Assembly (NCBI GenBank): GCA_965240325.2
Contig: OZ251240.1
Location: forward strand, 186,001-250,000
Source of the DNA: Rebecca billardiae RCC1528
Lineage: Eukaryota; Protista; Haptophyta
DNA: 64,000 nucleotides
Reading direction: 5' to 3'
Part shown: piece by piece, positions 1-12,298 of the stretch
Layout of the letters: each line of letters opens with the position of its first letter
How positions within the stretch are numbered: position 1 is the stretch's first letter
The notes under the pieces: model-generated
Databases searched by the model: none
What the model saw: the letters and a program-made list of their open reading frames with translations, nothing else
Told to the model about the DNA's origin: nothing
Program-made: the position numbers and the translations under genes

Positions 1-143
1 GTCCCGTGGCGTCGCGGCCACCGTTGTGGCAAGTACTTAGTGCATGTGCAGCCACAGCAGGCAGAGCGACACTACTACTACTCACTACTGTCAATATTGT
101 TACACTTACTACAGTCCAGCCGTCAGCAGGCCGCGATCTACAT

Positions 144-864
144 TGACACTGCGCCAGAAGGCCGGGGGCGTCCAAAATTGTCCCCGCCGACGGCTCGATG
201 GCTGCCGCACTTGCGTGCCCCGCGTGCCTTGCGCGTGTACGTGCACCGGGTAGGGCGCCCCGACAGCGAGGGCGGGGTGGCGCAGATGGTCTCGTGGGAG
301 GTGTGCCAGTGTGCCGGAGACGCTTCGACACCTTGGTGCCGTGCCCACACCTCCGTCCTTGTGCCCACACCTACGCCCGCGCCCGGCAGGACCTTGTGCC
401 CACACCTCCGCCCGTCCACCATGACAACACTGAACACGTCGTGGGTTCGAGTGCACGGCTTGGGATTGATGCACGAGAGCTACTACGACGGCGGCAGAGA
501 GCCGCATAGGGTGGGACTACCCGCACGCGCACTCACTACGGCTCGATCCGCCCGACATTGGCCTTGCACGCGCAGGCGTGCTCTCAACACGGCTCGGGTC
601 GAGCACGCAGCAGGCAAGCGGCGACAAGGAGAGGTGTCTGGTATGGGCACGCCACCAAGGTGTCGAAGCGTCTCCGGCCACATTCGGGGCTCGGGCGCAC
701 CGCTCCCACAAGACCATCTACGCCACCCCGCCCTCGCTGTCGGGACGCCCTACCGTGCACGTACACGCGCAAGGCACGCAGTCGCGGGGCACGCACGTGC
801 GGCATCCATCGAGCCGTCGGCGGGGACAATTTTGCCTCCCCCCCGGCCTTCTGGCGCAGTGTCA
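144..864. mobile_element. Foldback/MITE-like element with ~210-bp imperfect terminal inverted repeats
   Basis: 144-~351 (TGACACTGCGCCAGAAGGCCGGGG...CTTCGACACCTTGGTG) is the imperfect reverse complement of ~640-864 (...CCGGCCTTCTGGCGCAGTGTCA). Internal CCTTGTGCCCACACCT-like repeats at ~331-410. CACTG...CAGTG just inside the ends. No clear TSD or transposase. Confidence 0.7.
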
Positions 865-1709
865 GTTCTACAAGTACAAGGGGCACAAGGCAGTCAAGGG
901 CGGCGCGGTCGTCCGGTCCGAGGGCAAGCGGGCAAGGACACGGGAGGCATAGCCGGGCTCCGGCTATCGCTGTTGGCAAGGATAGTAGAGCGCTTCCGTC
1001 CGTCGTGGAGCGGACAGGAACCACCCGGCCGAGTTAGCCGACGGCGGCACGGAGGTGGCAAGGGCGGTCGAGGTGCCGCCGCGCCTGCCGAACCTCCCGA
1101 GGGACGCATGTCTCTGATTCTTAGTAAACTGTAGATATTCAAGTACTTGTTACCCGGGTTGAACTCTACGGCCATATGTCATAGCCATCTATATATAATA
1201 ATAGTACTCATCATCTACCCCACCCGTCAGATTCAAAGAGAACCCGCCAATAATCAGAGCAGCGACCAGGTCGTAAAATTCCGAGGGCGCAGATATGTAT
1301 ATATATATATGTGATGATGATCTACAATCGCGCGCGAGGCGGTCAAATTTTGCACTCCGCCCAAATCGCCCATGGCTGCGCCGAGCTGCTTTTCGAACTT
1401 TTGGAAGCTGCATGATATCATCAAGTCATCAGCTGACCCGCCTTGATGCCCTGATTATCATACTACTTTTATGGCCGGTACTCCTGGATACTGCGCCCGG
1501 GAAGGGCCACCCCCAAGCGGCGTGACTTCCAAAAGCCGCTCTTCGCTCCCAGTCCGGCGCACGTTTGCGACGACACGCGACTTCCCGACGACGACAGGCG
1601 GCGGGGAGGCGGCGCTAACGTTGCAGTAGTAGGCTGTAGGGCGGACCCCACCGCCGGGGCAGGCACCCTCCGCCACCGCCCCCTGGGACGTGCGCGCGCG
1701 CGCCGAGCC

Positions 1710-4177
1710 ATGGGCGTGTGGACGCGGCGCACGCCGCCGCGCACCGAGATCGACGAGGAGGAGGCGGTCTCGACGAGCGTCTCGACCACCGCCGACGACG
1801 ACGCCTCGTACGAGGACGTGCTGCTGCAGGGCTTCCTGCCGCCAAAGCAGCGCGAGCCGCGGCTCACGCGCGAGCTGCGCCGGCTGCTCTGGGCGGCGAA
1901 CCCGCCGCTGGAGAAGCTGGTCTTCGTGACCGCCGCCGAGCTGCGCCGACTCGAGCGCACGCTCGTCGACGAGGGCGTCCGCCGCGCCACCATCTCCTCC
2001 ATCCGCTACCTCGCGCCCGCCCTCTTTGGCGGCGGCGCGCGCGGGGCGGGCGTGCGCGCCGGCGCGCACGCGGACGCGGACGCGGCGGGCGGCGCGGAGC
2101 TTGCGGGCGCGTCGGCGGCGTCGAGCTCGCCGCCCCACCCGCCGCCGCCGCCGCCGCCGCCCGCGAGCGCGCCGGCGGAGCACCCCGCCGCCGCGGTGCG
2201 GCCGTGCGCCGCGCACCGCGCCGCGTGCCCGCTGCGCCGCCCGCGCGAGGTCGTGCGGCAGTACGGCGCGCCGTCGGCGTGGCAGCTGGCGGGGCGCGGC
2301 GCGACGAAGGACGTGTACTACGCCATGTGCCGCGAGCCCATCCACCTCGCCGACGGCTCGTACCACGGCGGCCTCGTCGCGATCGCCGTCGCGCGCGCGT
2401 CTGAGAAAGTGGCTCTCGAGCTGAGCAACCTGCAGTGGGTGGCGCGGCACCTGCGCAGCGCACACGCGCGCGGCGGCGCGGCGGGCGGCGCGCACGCGAT
2501 GCTGCCGCTCGACGCGTGGGAGATGGACGCGGCGGGGCACCTCGACGCGGCGGGGAGCCTGCTCCCCGCCGCCGCCGCCGCCGCCGCCGGCCCCGCGCGC
2601 AGCCGCAGCAACTCGAGCGCGCCCGGCCCCGCGCGCTACGTGTACGTCGTCTTCCCGGCGGGGGTGTCGCTGCTGCGGCTGATCCAGAGGGGGGTGACGC
2701 TGGCGTGGCGGCCGGCGCACTTCGAGCGGCTGGCGCTGCAGCTGCTGCTGCCGCTCGCCGCGCTGCGCAGGCACGACGCCGTGCACCGTGACCTCAAGCC
2801 GGAGAACACGCTGCTGCTGCCGCCCAGCTGCCACGCCGGCGGCGCGCGCGGCGGCGGGCTGCGCGCGCTCGGCCTCGCCGGCGGCGCGCTGCGGCTGCTC
2901 GGCGCGGAGGCGCGCGGCGGCGGGGCGGAGGAGCCCGGCGTGCCGAGCGCGCGCGACCTCCACGCCGCCATCGCCGACTGGTCCTCCCTCCGCGCGTACG
3001 ACGGGCGGGAGTACCGCGGCGCCGACGCGTGCGACCGCCCGCTGCTCGGCACGATCGGGTACCAGCACTTCTCCGTGTTCACCTCGGCGTACCTGGGGCC
3101 GCCGTGGCACCCGAAGGCGTGGTGCGCGCGCGCACGGAGCGCGCGCGCGCGTGCCTCCGCGCGCGCGCGCGCGCGACCTCACGCGCCCGCCGCCCCGCGC
3201 GCGCACTGCGCCGCTGCGCCGCGCGCACTGCGCAGGGATCCGTCGAGCGCCGCCACCCGCGACGTGTTTGCAGTGGGCATGACGCTGGTGGTCTCGGCGC
3301 TCGGCACGCACCTCGCCGACATTGGGCCCGCGCCGAGCGCGGCGGCGACGGCGTGCATCGGCGCGTTCGTGCGCGACAACGCGTACGCCGCGGGCCACGC
3401 CGCGCGCGCGCACGTGTCGCGCGAGGTGTGCGCGCAGTGGGTACACCTGCACTCGGCCGACGAGCTGCGAAGCAGCGGCTGCCTGCAGGCGATGCCCGCG
3501 CACGCGCTCGCAGAGCTCACGCAGCTGAGCGACAACTCGCCGGTGCGCGCGCGGGTGCGGAGGCGCGGGGCGGCGCGGGGCGCGGGGCGGGGCGCGCGCG
3601 CGGCGCCCACGCGCCGCGCCCCGCGCCACCCCTCACGCGCGCGCTCGCCGCCGCGCGCCCCGCCCGCGCGCCGCCCCGCGCCTTTCCGCTCGCGCTTCCG
3701 CCTGCGCAGGTGCGCGCGCGGCTGCAGCAGCGGCTGGGGCCGGCGCTGTGCGACGCGGCGCTGCAGATGCTCTCGGGCGGGCTGGGCGCGGAGGAGGCGG
3801 TGGCGCACTACGCGCTGGCGGACGCGCGCGCCGAGCTCGAGGCGGACGCGGCGCTGGCCGACGCAGAGGGCGTGGCCGACGTCGCCGCGATTGCCGCGGC
3901 GCGCGCGCGCGCCCTCGGCCTTCAGCTGAGCGCCGCGCTGCCCGAGGCGGTGGGCGCGGTGCTCGAGCTGGCCGTGCTCGAGCTGCTGGGCGTGTGCCAG
4001 CGGCTGCCGATGGCCGGGCTGGCGGGGCGCGCGCTCGGGCCGCTCGCGCGCCGCACGGGGCTCGACGCGCTCGGCTGCCGCGCGCTCGAGCTGGGCGGCG
4101 TCTCTGTCGCCAAGCTCGTCGAGCGCAGCGCCACCAACGCGCAGGCGCGCGCGCAAGCGCAGCAGCAGCCGGCATGA
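1710..4177 (+). CDS. Atypical Ser/Thr protein kinase-like protein; join(1710..3121,3236..3542,3710..4177)
   Basis: Gly-loop GRGATKDVY, catalytic loop HRDLKPEN, ADWSS in place of DFG, GTIGY, DVFAVG. Two GT..CAG introns (3122-3235, 3543-3709) join the 1710 and 3029 frames in phase. Confidence 0.75.
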
Positions 4178-4608
4178 GCCACAGGACAGTGTCACTTTGA
4201 CTTGTCGGTCAGTCAGTGAGCGGCAGATGTCCGCCCGCTGACAGCCGGAGCCCGTGGCGACGGGCGACGGCCGCGCCGCGGAGGGGGGGGGGGCGGGTCG
4301 GGGGTGCGCCGCGGCACGTGGCCGCGTGGCACTCGTGGGCTCGAACGACGACGAGAGCCTTAGCAGCCATCGTGCGCATGAGCTCATCACACGCTCTGCA
4401 GACAGCCCGAGTCTGCTGCCGCGTGACAGTGCGACAAGGGTGGTCTGCGACATGAATTTTCGCGCCGTTTCGCGAACTACGAATCATCGATTCATCGATC
4501 GTCAAATTGCGTCGTCGTCGAACCGAACTGGAGAACGAGCCGGGGAGAGCCGCGACCTGGTGGAGCAGCAGTCGTCGTCGCGCGCGAAAATCGCCGGCCT
4601 TTGCGAGG

Positions 4609-5907
4609 ATGGCGGCCGCCACCCGTTTGCGCGGCGCGCTCCTCGCGAGCGCGCTCGCGGCCGCGGCGCAGCCCGCTCGCGAGGGCGCGGCGCCGCCGGC
4701 CGGGTTCGGCGCGGACGCGCCCCGCGTCGCCGTCTGCCTCGCCGGCGAGGCGCGCTCGCTCGTCGCGCCGGCGGTGCGCGCCAACCTGCGCGGCGCGCTG
4801 CTCGAGCCGCTCGGCGCGGGCGCGGACGTGTTCGCGTTCCTCGGCGCGGGGAAGCTGCCGCGCGCGCGCGTGGAGGCGGCGGCGCGTGAGCTCAGCCCCG
4901 TCGTGCTCTGCGTCGAGGACGCGCGCCCCGCCCGCCCCGCCCTCGGGCCGCCGTGCGCGCCGCCCGGCGCAGCGCGCGCGGCGCCGCCGCCGGCCGACTC
5001 GGATGCGCGCGGCTGCGTCACGTCGGGCTTCGCCATGTACGAGCGGCTGCACCGCTGCTTCGGCGCGGTGCAGGCGCACGAGCGCGCCGTGGGCGTGCTG
5101 TACACGCACGTGCTGCGCGCGCGGCCCGACCTCGCCCTCGAGCGCGCGCTGCCGCCGCTGCCGCCGATGCGGCGCGGCGCGGCGCGCCTCGGCCGCCGCG
5201 CCGCGCCGGCCGGCTGGGCCAACGGCTCGCGCGTGCTGTGGGACCACGCGCCGCGGCCGCGCGCGAGCCGCGCGCCCGTGCCCCTCCGCGCCGTCTCCTT
5301 CCTCGCCGACTGGCTCGCCCTCGTCCCCCGCCCGCTCTGCGCGTCCTACTTCAGCGCGCCCGCTCTCTCATACGCCCGCTGCGTGCCCGCGCGCCCGCCG
5401 CCGGGCGCGGCCGCGGGGCCGAGCGGCTGCGCGGGCGCGTCGCGCTGGCGGTGGAACGAGTGCCGGCTGCTCACGGCGCTGTGGCGCGCCGCGCCGCCCG
5501 GCACGCTCGTCGCCGAGCTGCCCATCGGCCGCGCGCACGTGCACCTCGTCCGGTGCGTGCCCGCGCGCGGCGCGCGCGCTGCGGACGGCGGCGCGGCGGA
5601 GGCGGAGGCGCCGCGCGCGCGCGCGCGGCGCCGCCTGCTGCAGCCGGCCGCCAACGCGAGCGGCGGCGGGTGGGACGCGTGCGCGCGCATCGTTTTGCGC
5701 GCCAAGACGCGGAGGCGCGGGCGGGGCGCGGACGGCGCGCCCGAGCCGCCGCCGCCGCTCGGCGCTCGCGTTGACGATGGCGATGACGGCGGCGGCAGGT
5801 TGGCGGGGGCGTCATCCGCGGCGGCGGCAGGCCGGCGGCCGTGGGTCGAGCTGGACGCGAGAGCGCTCCTCAGCGCGCACCCGACGCCGGCACGGTGGCC
5901 AGACTAG
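4609..5907 (+). CDS. Secreted hypothetical protein, glycosyltransferase-like (RVAVCLxGxxR...YxxVxRxRPD type)
   Basis: ATG at 4609 with signal-like N-terminus (LLASALAAAA); motifs RVAVCLAGEARSL, YTHVLRARPDL and DWLAL; coding-like codon usage. Function is inferred. Confidence 0.55.
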   Translation: MAAATRLRGALLASALAAAAQPAREGAAPPAGFGADAPRVAVCLAGEARSLVAPAVRANLRGALLEPLGAGADVFAFLGAGKLPRARVEAAARELSPVVLCVEDARPARPALGPPCAPPGAARAAPPPADSDARGCVTSGFAMYERLHRCFGAVQAHERAVGVLYTHVLRARPDLALERALPPLPPMRRGAARLGRRAAPAGWANGSRVLWDHAPRPRASRAPVPLRAVSFLADWLALVPRPLCASYFSAPALSYARCVPARPPPGAAAGPSGCAGASRWRWNECRLLTALWRAAPPGTLVAELPIGRAHVHLVRCVPARGARAADGGAAEAEAPRARARRRLLQPAANASGGGWDACARIVLRAKTRRRGRGADGAPEPPPPLGARVDDGDDGGGRLAGASSAAAAGRRPWVELDARALLSAHPTPARWPD

Positions 5908-6325
5908 CAGAGGCGCGGCGGCCGGACACTCGCGCCATCAATCTCGATCTCTCTCGGGGAGCCGCTCTCACTCAGGGATCGCTGTGTGGCTCGTCTGTCG
6001 TCATCATCACATCGTACTTTCGTAGTAGTAGTAGTGAACGATGATGAGTCATCAGCAGCAGAACGAACGTACTATATAACTACTACAGCGCAGTCGCAGC
6101 TGAGAGAGCGATCTCGACGAGCGATCGCGACGAGAATATAGCTATAGCAGCGCGCACTACTATATGCTGGCGCACTTATACAGATCATCTGCATGCCGCG
6201 ATACTATACGCTACGTACGGTTACTGTCACTGCGCATCAACGGCACGGTGCATATGCCGGTGGCGGCGGACGAGACAGCGCTCAGCCTCATTGATGGCGA
6301 TGCTGCCGCGGCGCATCGGCAGCGG

Positions 6326-9300
6326 CTACTCCGCGCCCTGAGCGCGCGCGCTGCTGCCGGCCGCACCGCCGGCATCGCCCGCCGGCGCGGCGGCGCGCGG
6401 CGGCGGCGGCGGCGGCGGCGGGCCGCCCGTCCCGCCGTGTCCGCCCTCGGCCGGCCCCTGCCCCTGCCCCTGCCCCTGCCCCTGCCCCTGCTCCTGCACC
6501 GGCTGCTCGTGCGGCGTCGCCAGCGCCTCGGCCATCTCCGCGAGCTCGCGCGCCTGCGCGTGCAGCGCGTGCGCGGCCAGCAGCTCGAGCGCCGCCGGGT
6601 CGCGCCGCTTGAGGCCGGCGAGCGCGGTGGCGGGCACGCGCACGACGCGCCCGTCTGTGAGCATCGTGAGCTCGTGGTGGAAGGGGTGGCCGAGGAGGAG
6701 CTCCGCGCCGCCGAGCACGCACGGCGCGGAGTACACCGTGCCGCGCGCGCGCAGCCCCGCGCCCGCCTCCTCCGCGCCGCCCCCGTCCGCCTCGAACCCC
6801 CACCACAGCATGGCCGCCCCCTCCGCCAGGTAGATGAGCTCGCGCGAGGCGCCGCGCGTGCGCGCGAGCACGAGCGCGCGCGGGGGGAGGCGCTCCGAGA
6901 CGCCGACGGCGGCGAGGGCGCGCTCCGCGCTGTGCAGCGGCGGGAGCAGGGGCCACGCGCCGAGCTCCGCGTCCGCGCACGCGCCCGCGCACGCGCCGCC
7001 CGCGCACTCCGACCCGCCGCGCGCGCCCGCCGCGCCGTGCGCGCCCTCCGCTGCGCGCGGCAGCGCGGCCTCGCGCGCGGCGCGGCCCGCCGCGCCGCCG
7101 CCGCCGTGCCGCGCGAAGCGCGGCAGCTCGCCCAGCCCGCTGCCGCCCGCCGAGCTGACGAGCGGCGGCGGCGGCTCCAGCTCGGCCGTGCGCGCGCCAC
7201 CACCACCCCCGCCACCCCCCGCGCACCCAGCGCAGAGCGAGCGCGCCCGCGCCGCCGCGCCGCCCTCCGCGCACACGGCCGGCGGACTCAGGCCGCCGGC
7301 CGAGGCGCGCGCGCAGCCCGTGGGCGGCGTGGGCGAGGCGTCAGCGCCGCCGAGCGGCGGCGCGCGCGGGGCGGGCGAGGGCGCGAGCGCGTCGGCGGCA
7401 CTGCCGCCGCCGCCGCTGCGTGCGCGTGCGAGTGCGGGCAGCTCGTCAGCGGAGACGTTGCTGAGCGCGTGCAGCGCTGCCGGCAGCGCGGCGCGCACCC
7501 CGTCGTCAGCGCCGCTGCACGCGCCCGCCCGGCCGCACGCGCCCGGCGCCCCGCCGCCCGGCCCGCCACCCAGCCCGTGCCTCGCGAGCGCGGCGCGCGC
7601 TCGGCCGCGCACGTGCTGGCTGCTGCTGCCGCCGAGGCCGGCGCGCCGGCCGGGCGAGCCGTCCGCGCGCGGCCCGGCGCCTTCCCCCGCGCAGCAGCCG
7701 CCCGTGTCTGCGCGCGTGTCTGTGCGCGCCGCGGTGAGCGCCTCCACCGAGAGGTTGGGCAGCGCGTACCGCAGCCCAGCGCACGCGCCGCGCCCGGCAC
7801 AGCCGGCGGCGCGCGCATCGGCGGCGGCATCGGCGCCGCCGCCGGCGGCGCCGCCGGCGGGGGGCGCCGGCGCTGCCCCGGGAGCCGCCACGCCGCCGCC
7901 GCCGGTGCGCTGCACGCGCGGCGCGCTCGGCGGCGGCCGCGCGACCGTCGCGGCGGCGCCGGCGCACGCGTCGCAGCTGAGGGCGCGCTCGGGCGGCGCG
8001 CGCGCCGCCGCCCGCGCGCCCGCGCCGCCCGCGCCGCTCCCGCCACCCGCCCCACCACGCGCGCCCGGCTGCGGCGGCGCGCCCGTCTGGCTCGGCTCCA
8101 GCTGGCGCAGGTCGTCGACCGAGTCGTTGTTAAGGCGGCCGATGCGCGTGATGGCTCCTGGCACTGGCGCGCGCTCGCCGAGCGCGCGCGCCGCGCCGCC
8201 GCCCGGCTCGTCCTCGCGCGCGGCGGCGCGCGCGGCGGCGGCAGCGCGCGGCGCGGGCGCGGGCGCGGCCGCAGGCGCGCCGCTCTGCGCGTCCGCGCGC
8301 GCCAGCTGGGGCGGCGGCGGCGCGTGCTGCGCTGCGCTCGGCTGCGCGCCATCCCTCCGCGGCGGCGCCGCCTCCGCGCACGGCTGCAGCGCCTCTGCGC
8401 ACGGCTGCAGCGCGCCGCCGGGCGCGCTCACCTGGCGCGACGCGGGCGGGCGCGGCGGCGGCGGCGGCGGCTGCGGCTGCGGCTGCGGCGGCGGCGGCGG
8501 CGGCTGCGGCGGCGGTGGCGCGCCCCGCTGCGCGCGCTCCGCGTGGTGCGGCCGCCAGGCATCGAGCTCCGCGGCAGGCAGCCCGTCGCCCCCGCCCCCG
8601 CCGTCACCGCCCCCGCCGTCGGCGCGCGCGCGGCCGAACGCGGGCGTCGACCTGTGCCGCCGCACCGCCGGCCTCCGCCGCGGCGCCTCCAGCACCTCCA
8701 GCCCCGCGGCGCGGCACCGCTCCCGCAGCCGCGAGCGCATCCCCACGCAGCGCAGCGCCCACCCCCTGGCGGCCAGCGTGCGGCGCAGCTGCACGAGCGC
8801 GTGCACGGCAGAGGAGTCGACCGAGCTGACGGCCTCGAAGCTGCGCGCACATGCGCCGGAGGGAGGGACGGCGCAAGGGGAGGGCGCGCGCGCGGGGCGC
8901 AGCGCGCTCAGCGAAACCGCGGCGGCGCGGCTTGGCGCGGCTTGGCGCGGCGCGGCGGTTGCGCTGCTGGCGCGCCGCCGCCGCCGCTGCGGCGCTCACT
9001 TGAGGACGACGCTGCCGCTGCAGCCCGGCCGCACCGCCTCGCGCCCGCGCACCACGCCCAGGATGGCGGAGGCGAGCGGCACCGTCGTCGCGAAGAAGAC
9101 GATGCCGCGCAGCGAGATGGTGACGCGCTCCTCGCCGGAGACGCCGCCGCCGCCCGCGCTCGCGCCGCCGCCGCCGCCGCCAGCCGCCGCCGCGTCCGGC
9201 TGGCCGCGGGCCGAAGCGTGCGCGGGCGGCGGCATGGCGGCGGCGGCGGAGGCGCGGCGGCAGCCGAGCCCGGCGGCAGCCGCGCCGCCCGCGCCCGGCG

Positions 9301-10848
9301 CAAAGTTGACCGAGCGCGCGCCGCCGCCGCCGCCGCCGCGCGCGCCGTTGAGCGCGCGCCCAAACCCGGCGGCGCCGCCAGCGCGCGGCGCCAACGGCTC
9401 CCCCGCCCCTGCGCAGCCGCGGCCGAGCGGCCCGCCGCCGCCGCAGCCGCCGCCGTCGCCGTCGACGCGGATGGTGTCGATGAGGTCCGAGCGGGCGATG
9501 GCGGTCTGCACGGCGACGAACTTGAGGCACGTGAGCAGCAGCCCCGTCACCACGCCCATCACGCACCCCATCGAGAAGTACGCCCCCGCCGTCATCCCCA
9601 GCACGCCCCAGTCGCTGCGCGACAGGCCCTCCCCGTACACGGTGGCGGACAGCAGCAGCCCCGCGCCAAAGTGCGCGTAGATGGCGCCGAGGACGAGGCG
9701 CGGGACGGACGCGGCGAGCTGCGGGCCGACGAGCCAGCACAGCGCGCACAGCCCCGTCACGCACCACCCCGACGCGCGGTCGCCCCCCAGCTCGTGGTGC
9801 AGCTGCGCGCACACCAGCGCGGGGTACGTACAGACTGTGCCCAGGCAGCCCTGCAGCACCGCCGAGAGGCCTGAGGCGCGCAGCTCGCTGTCCGGGTCGG
9901 TGCCGGGCTCGAGCTGCGCGAGCGGCGGGAACTGGACGAGCAGCGTGAGCATGTGCACCATCGCGTACACCGGCGCCACGATCGGCAGCCCGTCCGGCGC
10001 GAGCAGCGCGCCCACGTCCACGCGCCCGCCCAGCAGCCACTGCGCCCAAGCGCCCTCGCCCGCCCAGAAGGGCTGCGCGCGCGGCGGCGCCGGGCCGAGC
10101 CAGCCGAGGGCGCGGAGCTCGTCGGTGCTCCACCCGCCGATGCCCGCGGTGGCGTAGAACGCGACGATCGCCGCGAGCAGCACCACCGGCTTCGCCGCCG
10201 ACGAGCTCAGCGTCAACAAGGCGGCGAGCGCCGCAGTCGGCAGCGCGCGCGGCAGCGCGGCGAGCCCGACCGCCGCGCTCGGCGCGCTCAGCCGGACGAG
10301 GCCGACGGCGGGGGTCTCGAGGACGAAGACGCCGGTGGCGAGCTCGAGCCCCGCGATCGCGTTCACCACGCCGATCGCCGCCATCACGCCGCGCACCACC
10401 GCGAACGGCAGGTACCCCGCCGCCTCGACGGCGAACGTGTTGGCGTGCGCCGACGCGGCGAGCCGGCGGCGCGAGAGCGCCCACTGGAGGGCGCCGGAGA
10501 GGGCGGAGAGCGCGGCGAACGAGGCGAGCGTGGTGGGCAGCGCGGCCTCGGGCGCGCAGCGCGCGCGCAGCCCGCGCGCCAGCGTGAGCATCAGCGGCGC
10601 GAGCGACGCGTTGGGCGCGGCGACGATGAAGCCGATCGTCGAGGTGCGCAGCTGCACGGCCATCCCGACCGTGAGCGCGAGCACGCACTGCGAGTCGAAG
10701 AGCGGCTCGCGGAGGACGCCGGAGGCGAAGGAGAACGTCATGATCACCACGACGAACGCGATCGGCGCCGCCACCGCCACCTTGGACAGCGCGAAGCGCG
10801 CGCCGCGCCACGCGCGCGCGCACCGGCCCGCGTGCGCGTGCGCCGCGC

Positions 10849-10890
<42 letters not shown>

Positions 10891-11026
10891 GCGCGGAGGC
10901 GCTCGGCCGGCCGCCCTCGAGCAGCCGCTCCGTGTACCCCGACTCGTCCGCGCGGCGCGACTTGATCGTGTGCGCCGGCGCGAACAGCGACTCGATCAGC
11001 GTCGGCGCGCGCGGGCCGCCCTGCAT
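6326..11026 (-). CDS. SulP/SLC26 anion transporter with STAS and C-terminal cyclic-nucleotide-binding domain; intron 8841..8999, probable second intron 8306..8431
   Basis: Many hydrophobic helices and ELRASGLSAVL. The STAS motif LRGIVFFAT...VVLNFEAVSSVDSSAVHAL is restored only by splicing 8999->8841 (GTGAG..GCAG). cNMP-like C-terminus (LIYLAEG...LGGAELLLG...RRDP). Architecture resembles the yeast Vsb1/YGR125W type. Confidence 0.8.
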
Positions 11027-11781
11027 CGTGCGCCCGCGTGTCTGGACGGTGCGTGCCCGCGCGTTTGCTCAGCGGTGGGCAGGCGTGCGCAGCTTTTTGC
11101 GGAGCAGCGCTTTTTAATTGCGTCGCAAAATCGCATATCAAAAATGCCGCTGCGGCTGATGAACCCGACGACTATCATAACTACGAATCAGGCAAGCCAA
11201 CGATGACTGATAGCCACTCGGCCGACTCTGCCATCTAGACAGTTGACGGTCGGTCGAAAACTGACCTAGATGGTCGTCGGGACTAAGACGTCGAGCTTAA
11301 CGTACGCACGTCCGGCCAGTTGTGCGCCCGGCGGCAGAGTGCGTGTCAGCGCGCGGGCACGGAGACGTCAGATCCGCTGCGCATCCAATTCCAGGAATTC
11401 GCGGATCAACTGAGACCCAGCAGTGACCCGCCACGGCCCGCGATCAGAGTCGGGCTCCCCGGCCCCAGGGCTCCCGGCTGCCAACCGGAGCCAGCTCCAG
11501 GCAGGAACAGGCAGACCACGCGACCACCTGCGCGCCACGGCGACTGCCGCACCGAGCGCGCAGGCTGCGCCGCCTGCCTGCTCGCGCCGCGCGCCGCTGC
11601 CGGGTCGAGAGCGAGCCGCGCGCGCTCGAGCAACGAGCCGCCCGCTCCGGCCGCGGGCCTGGCCCGCGCGCCGTCGGGCCCGTGGCGCAGCTTCGGCCGG
11701 GCGCACGCGACGCACGCGCCTCGCCGGCAGCGCTGTGCGCGGCGCAGAGCGCTGAGGCGACGGCCCTCGGCGCGGGCCTGC

Positions 11782-12132
11782 CTAGTCCTTTCCTGCGTTC
11801 GCTGCTGCCGTTGCCGCGTCCTCGACGATCTCTGCGCGGGGCGGCGCGGCGCGGGGCGAGGCGGGGGGTAGCGTGTCATGCGCGCGCGGCCCACGCCGCC
11901 TGCGCACGCCGCGCGCCCGCGCTGCGGCTATTGGCGCGCCGCTCGCCGCCCGGCGCGTGCGCGCACCGGTCGAGACGCGCTTGCCGCCCTCGAACTTCAT
12001 GATGCGCGCGTGCACGCCCTCGTTCGCGATCTTCTTGGACTTCATCGGCTCCTTCAGCGCGCTGCGCACGTGCTCGGCGCACAGCTGCGAGTACTTGAGG
12101 AAGGACAGGCCCGCATTCCGCCACGACGACAT
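11782..12132 (-). CDS. ATP5F1E: Mitochondrial F1 ATP synthase subunit epsilon; intron 11832..11966
   Basis: MSSWRNAGLSFLKYSQLCAEHVRSALKEP matches the ATP15/epsilon signature (W R.AG..Y..Y...A..VR..LK). Removing the 135-bp GTGCGC..GCAG intron gives a ~71-aa protein. Confidence 0.9.
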   Translation of the reverse strand: MSSWRNAGLSFLKYSQLCAEHVRSALKEPMKSKKIANEGVHARIMKFEGGKRVSTGARTRRAASGAPIAAARARGVRRRRGPRAHDTLPPASPRAAPPRAEIVEDAATAAANAGKD

Positions 12133-12298
12133 GGTCGCTTCGGCGCGATGGGCTCCCTCGGGCTCGGCCACCACTTCGAGGTCCGATGATGGGAGTGGCC
12201 AGTCCGGGAGCCAGCGCAGGGTGGGCCCCAAGCCTTTTCCGGCCACCGGGAAACCGCGCGGAATTTTTTAGTTTGCGCTTGCCGCCCGCGCGCTCGCC

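Noticed and set aside
6164-9874. Very long Arg/Ala-rich ORFs (6164..9874 +, 6834..9680 +, 18535..21879 +, 1458..3629 - and similar)
   Set aside because: Shadow or antisense frames of real genes, open because stop codons are rare at very high GC.
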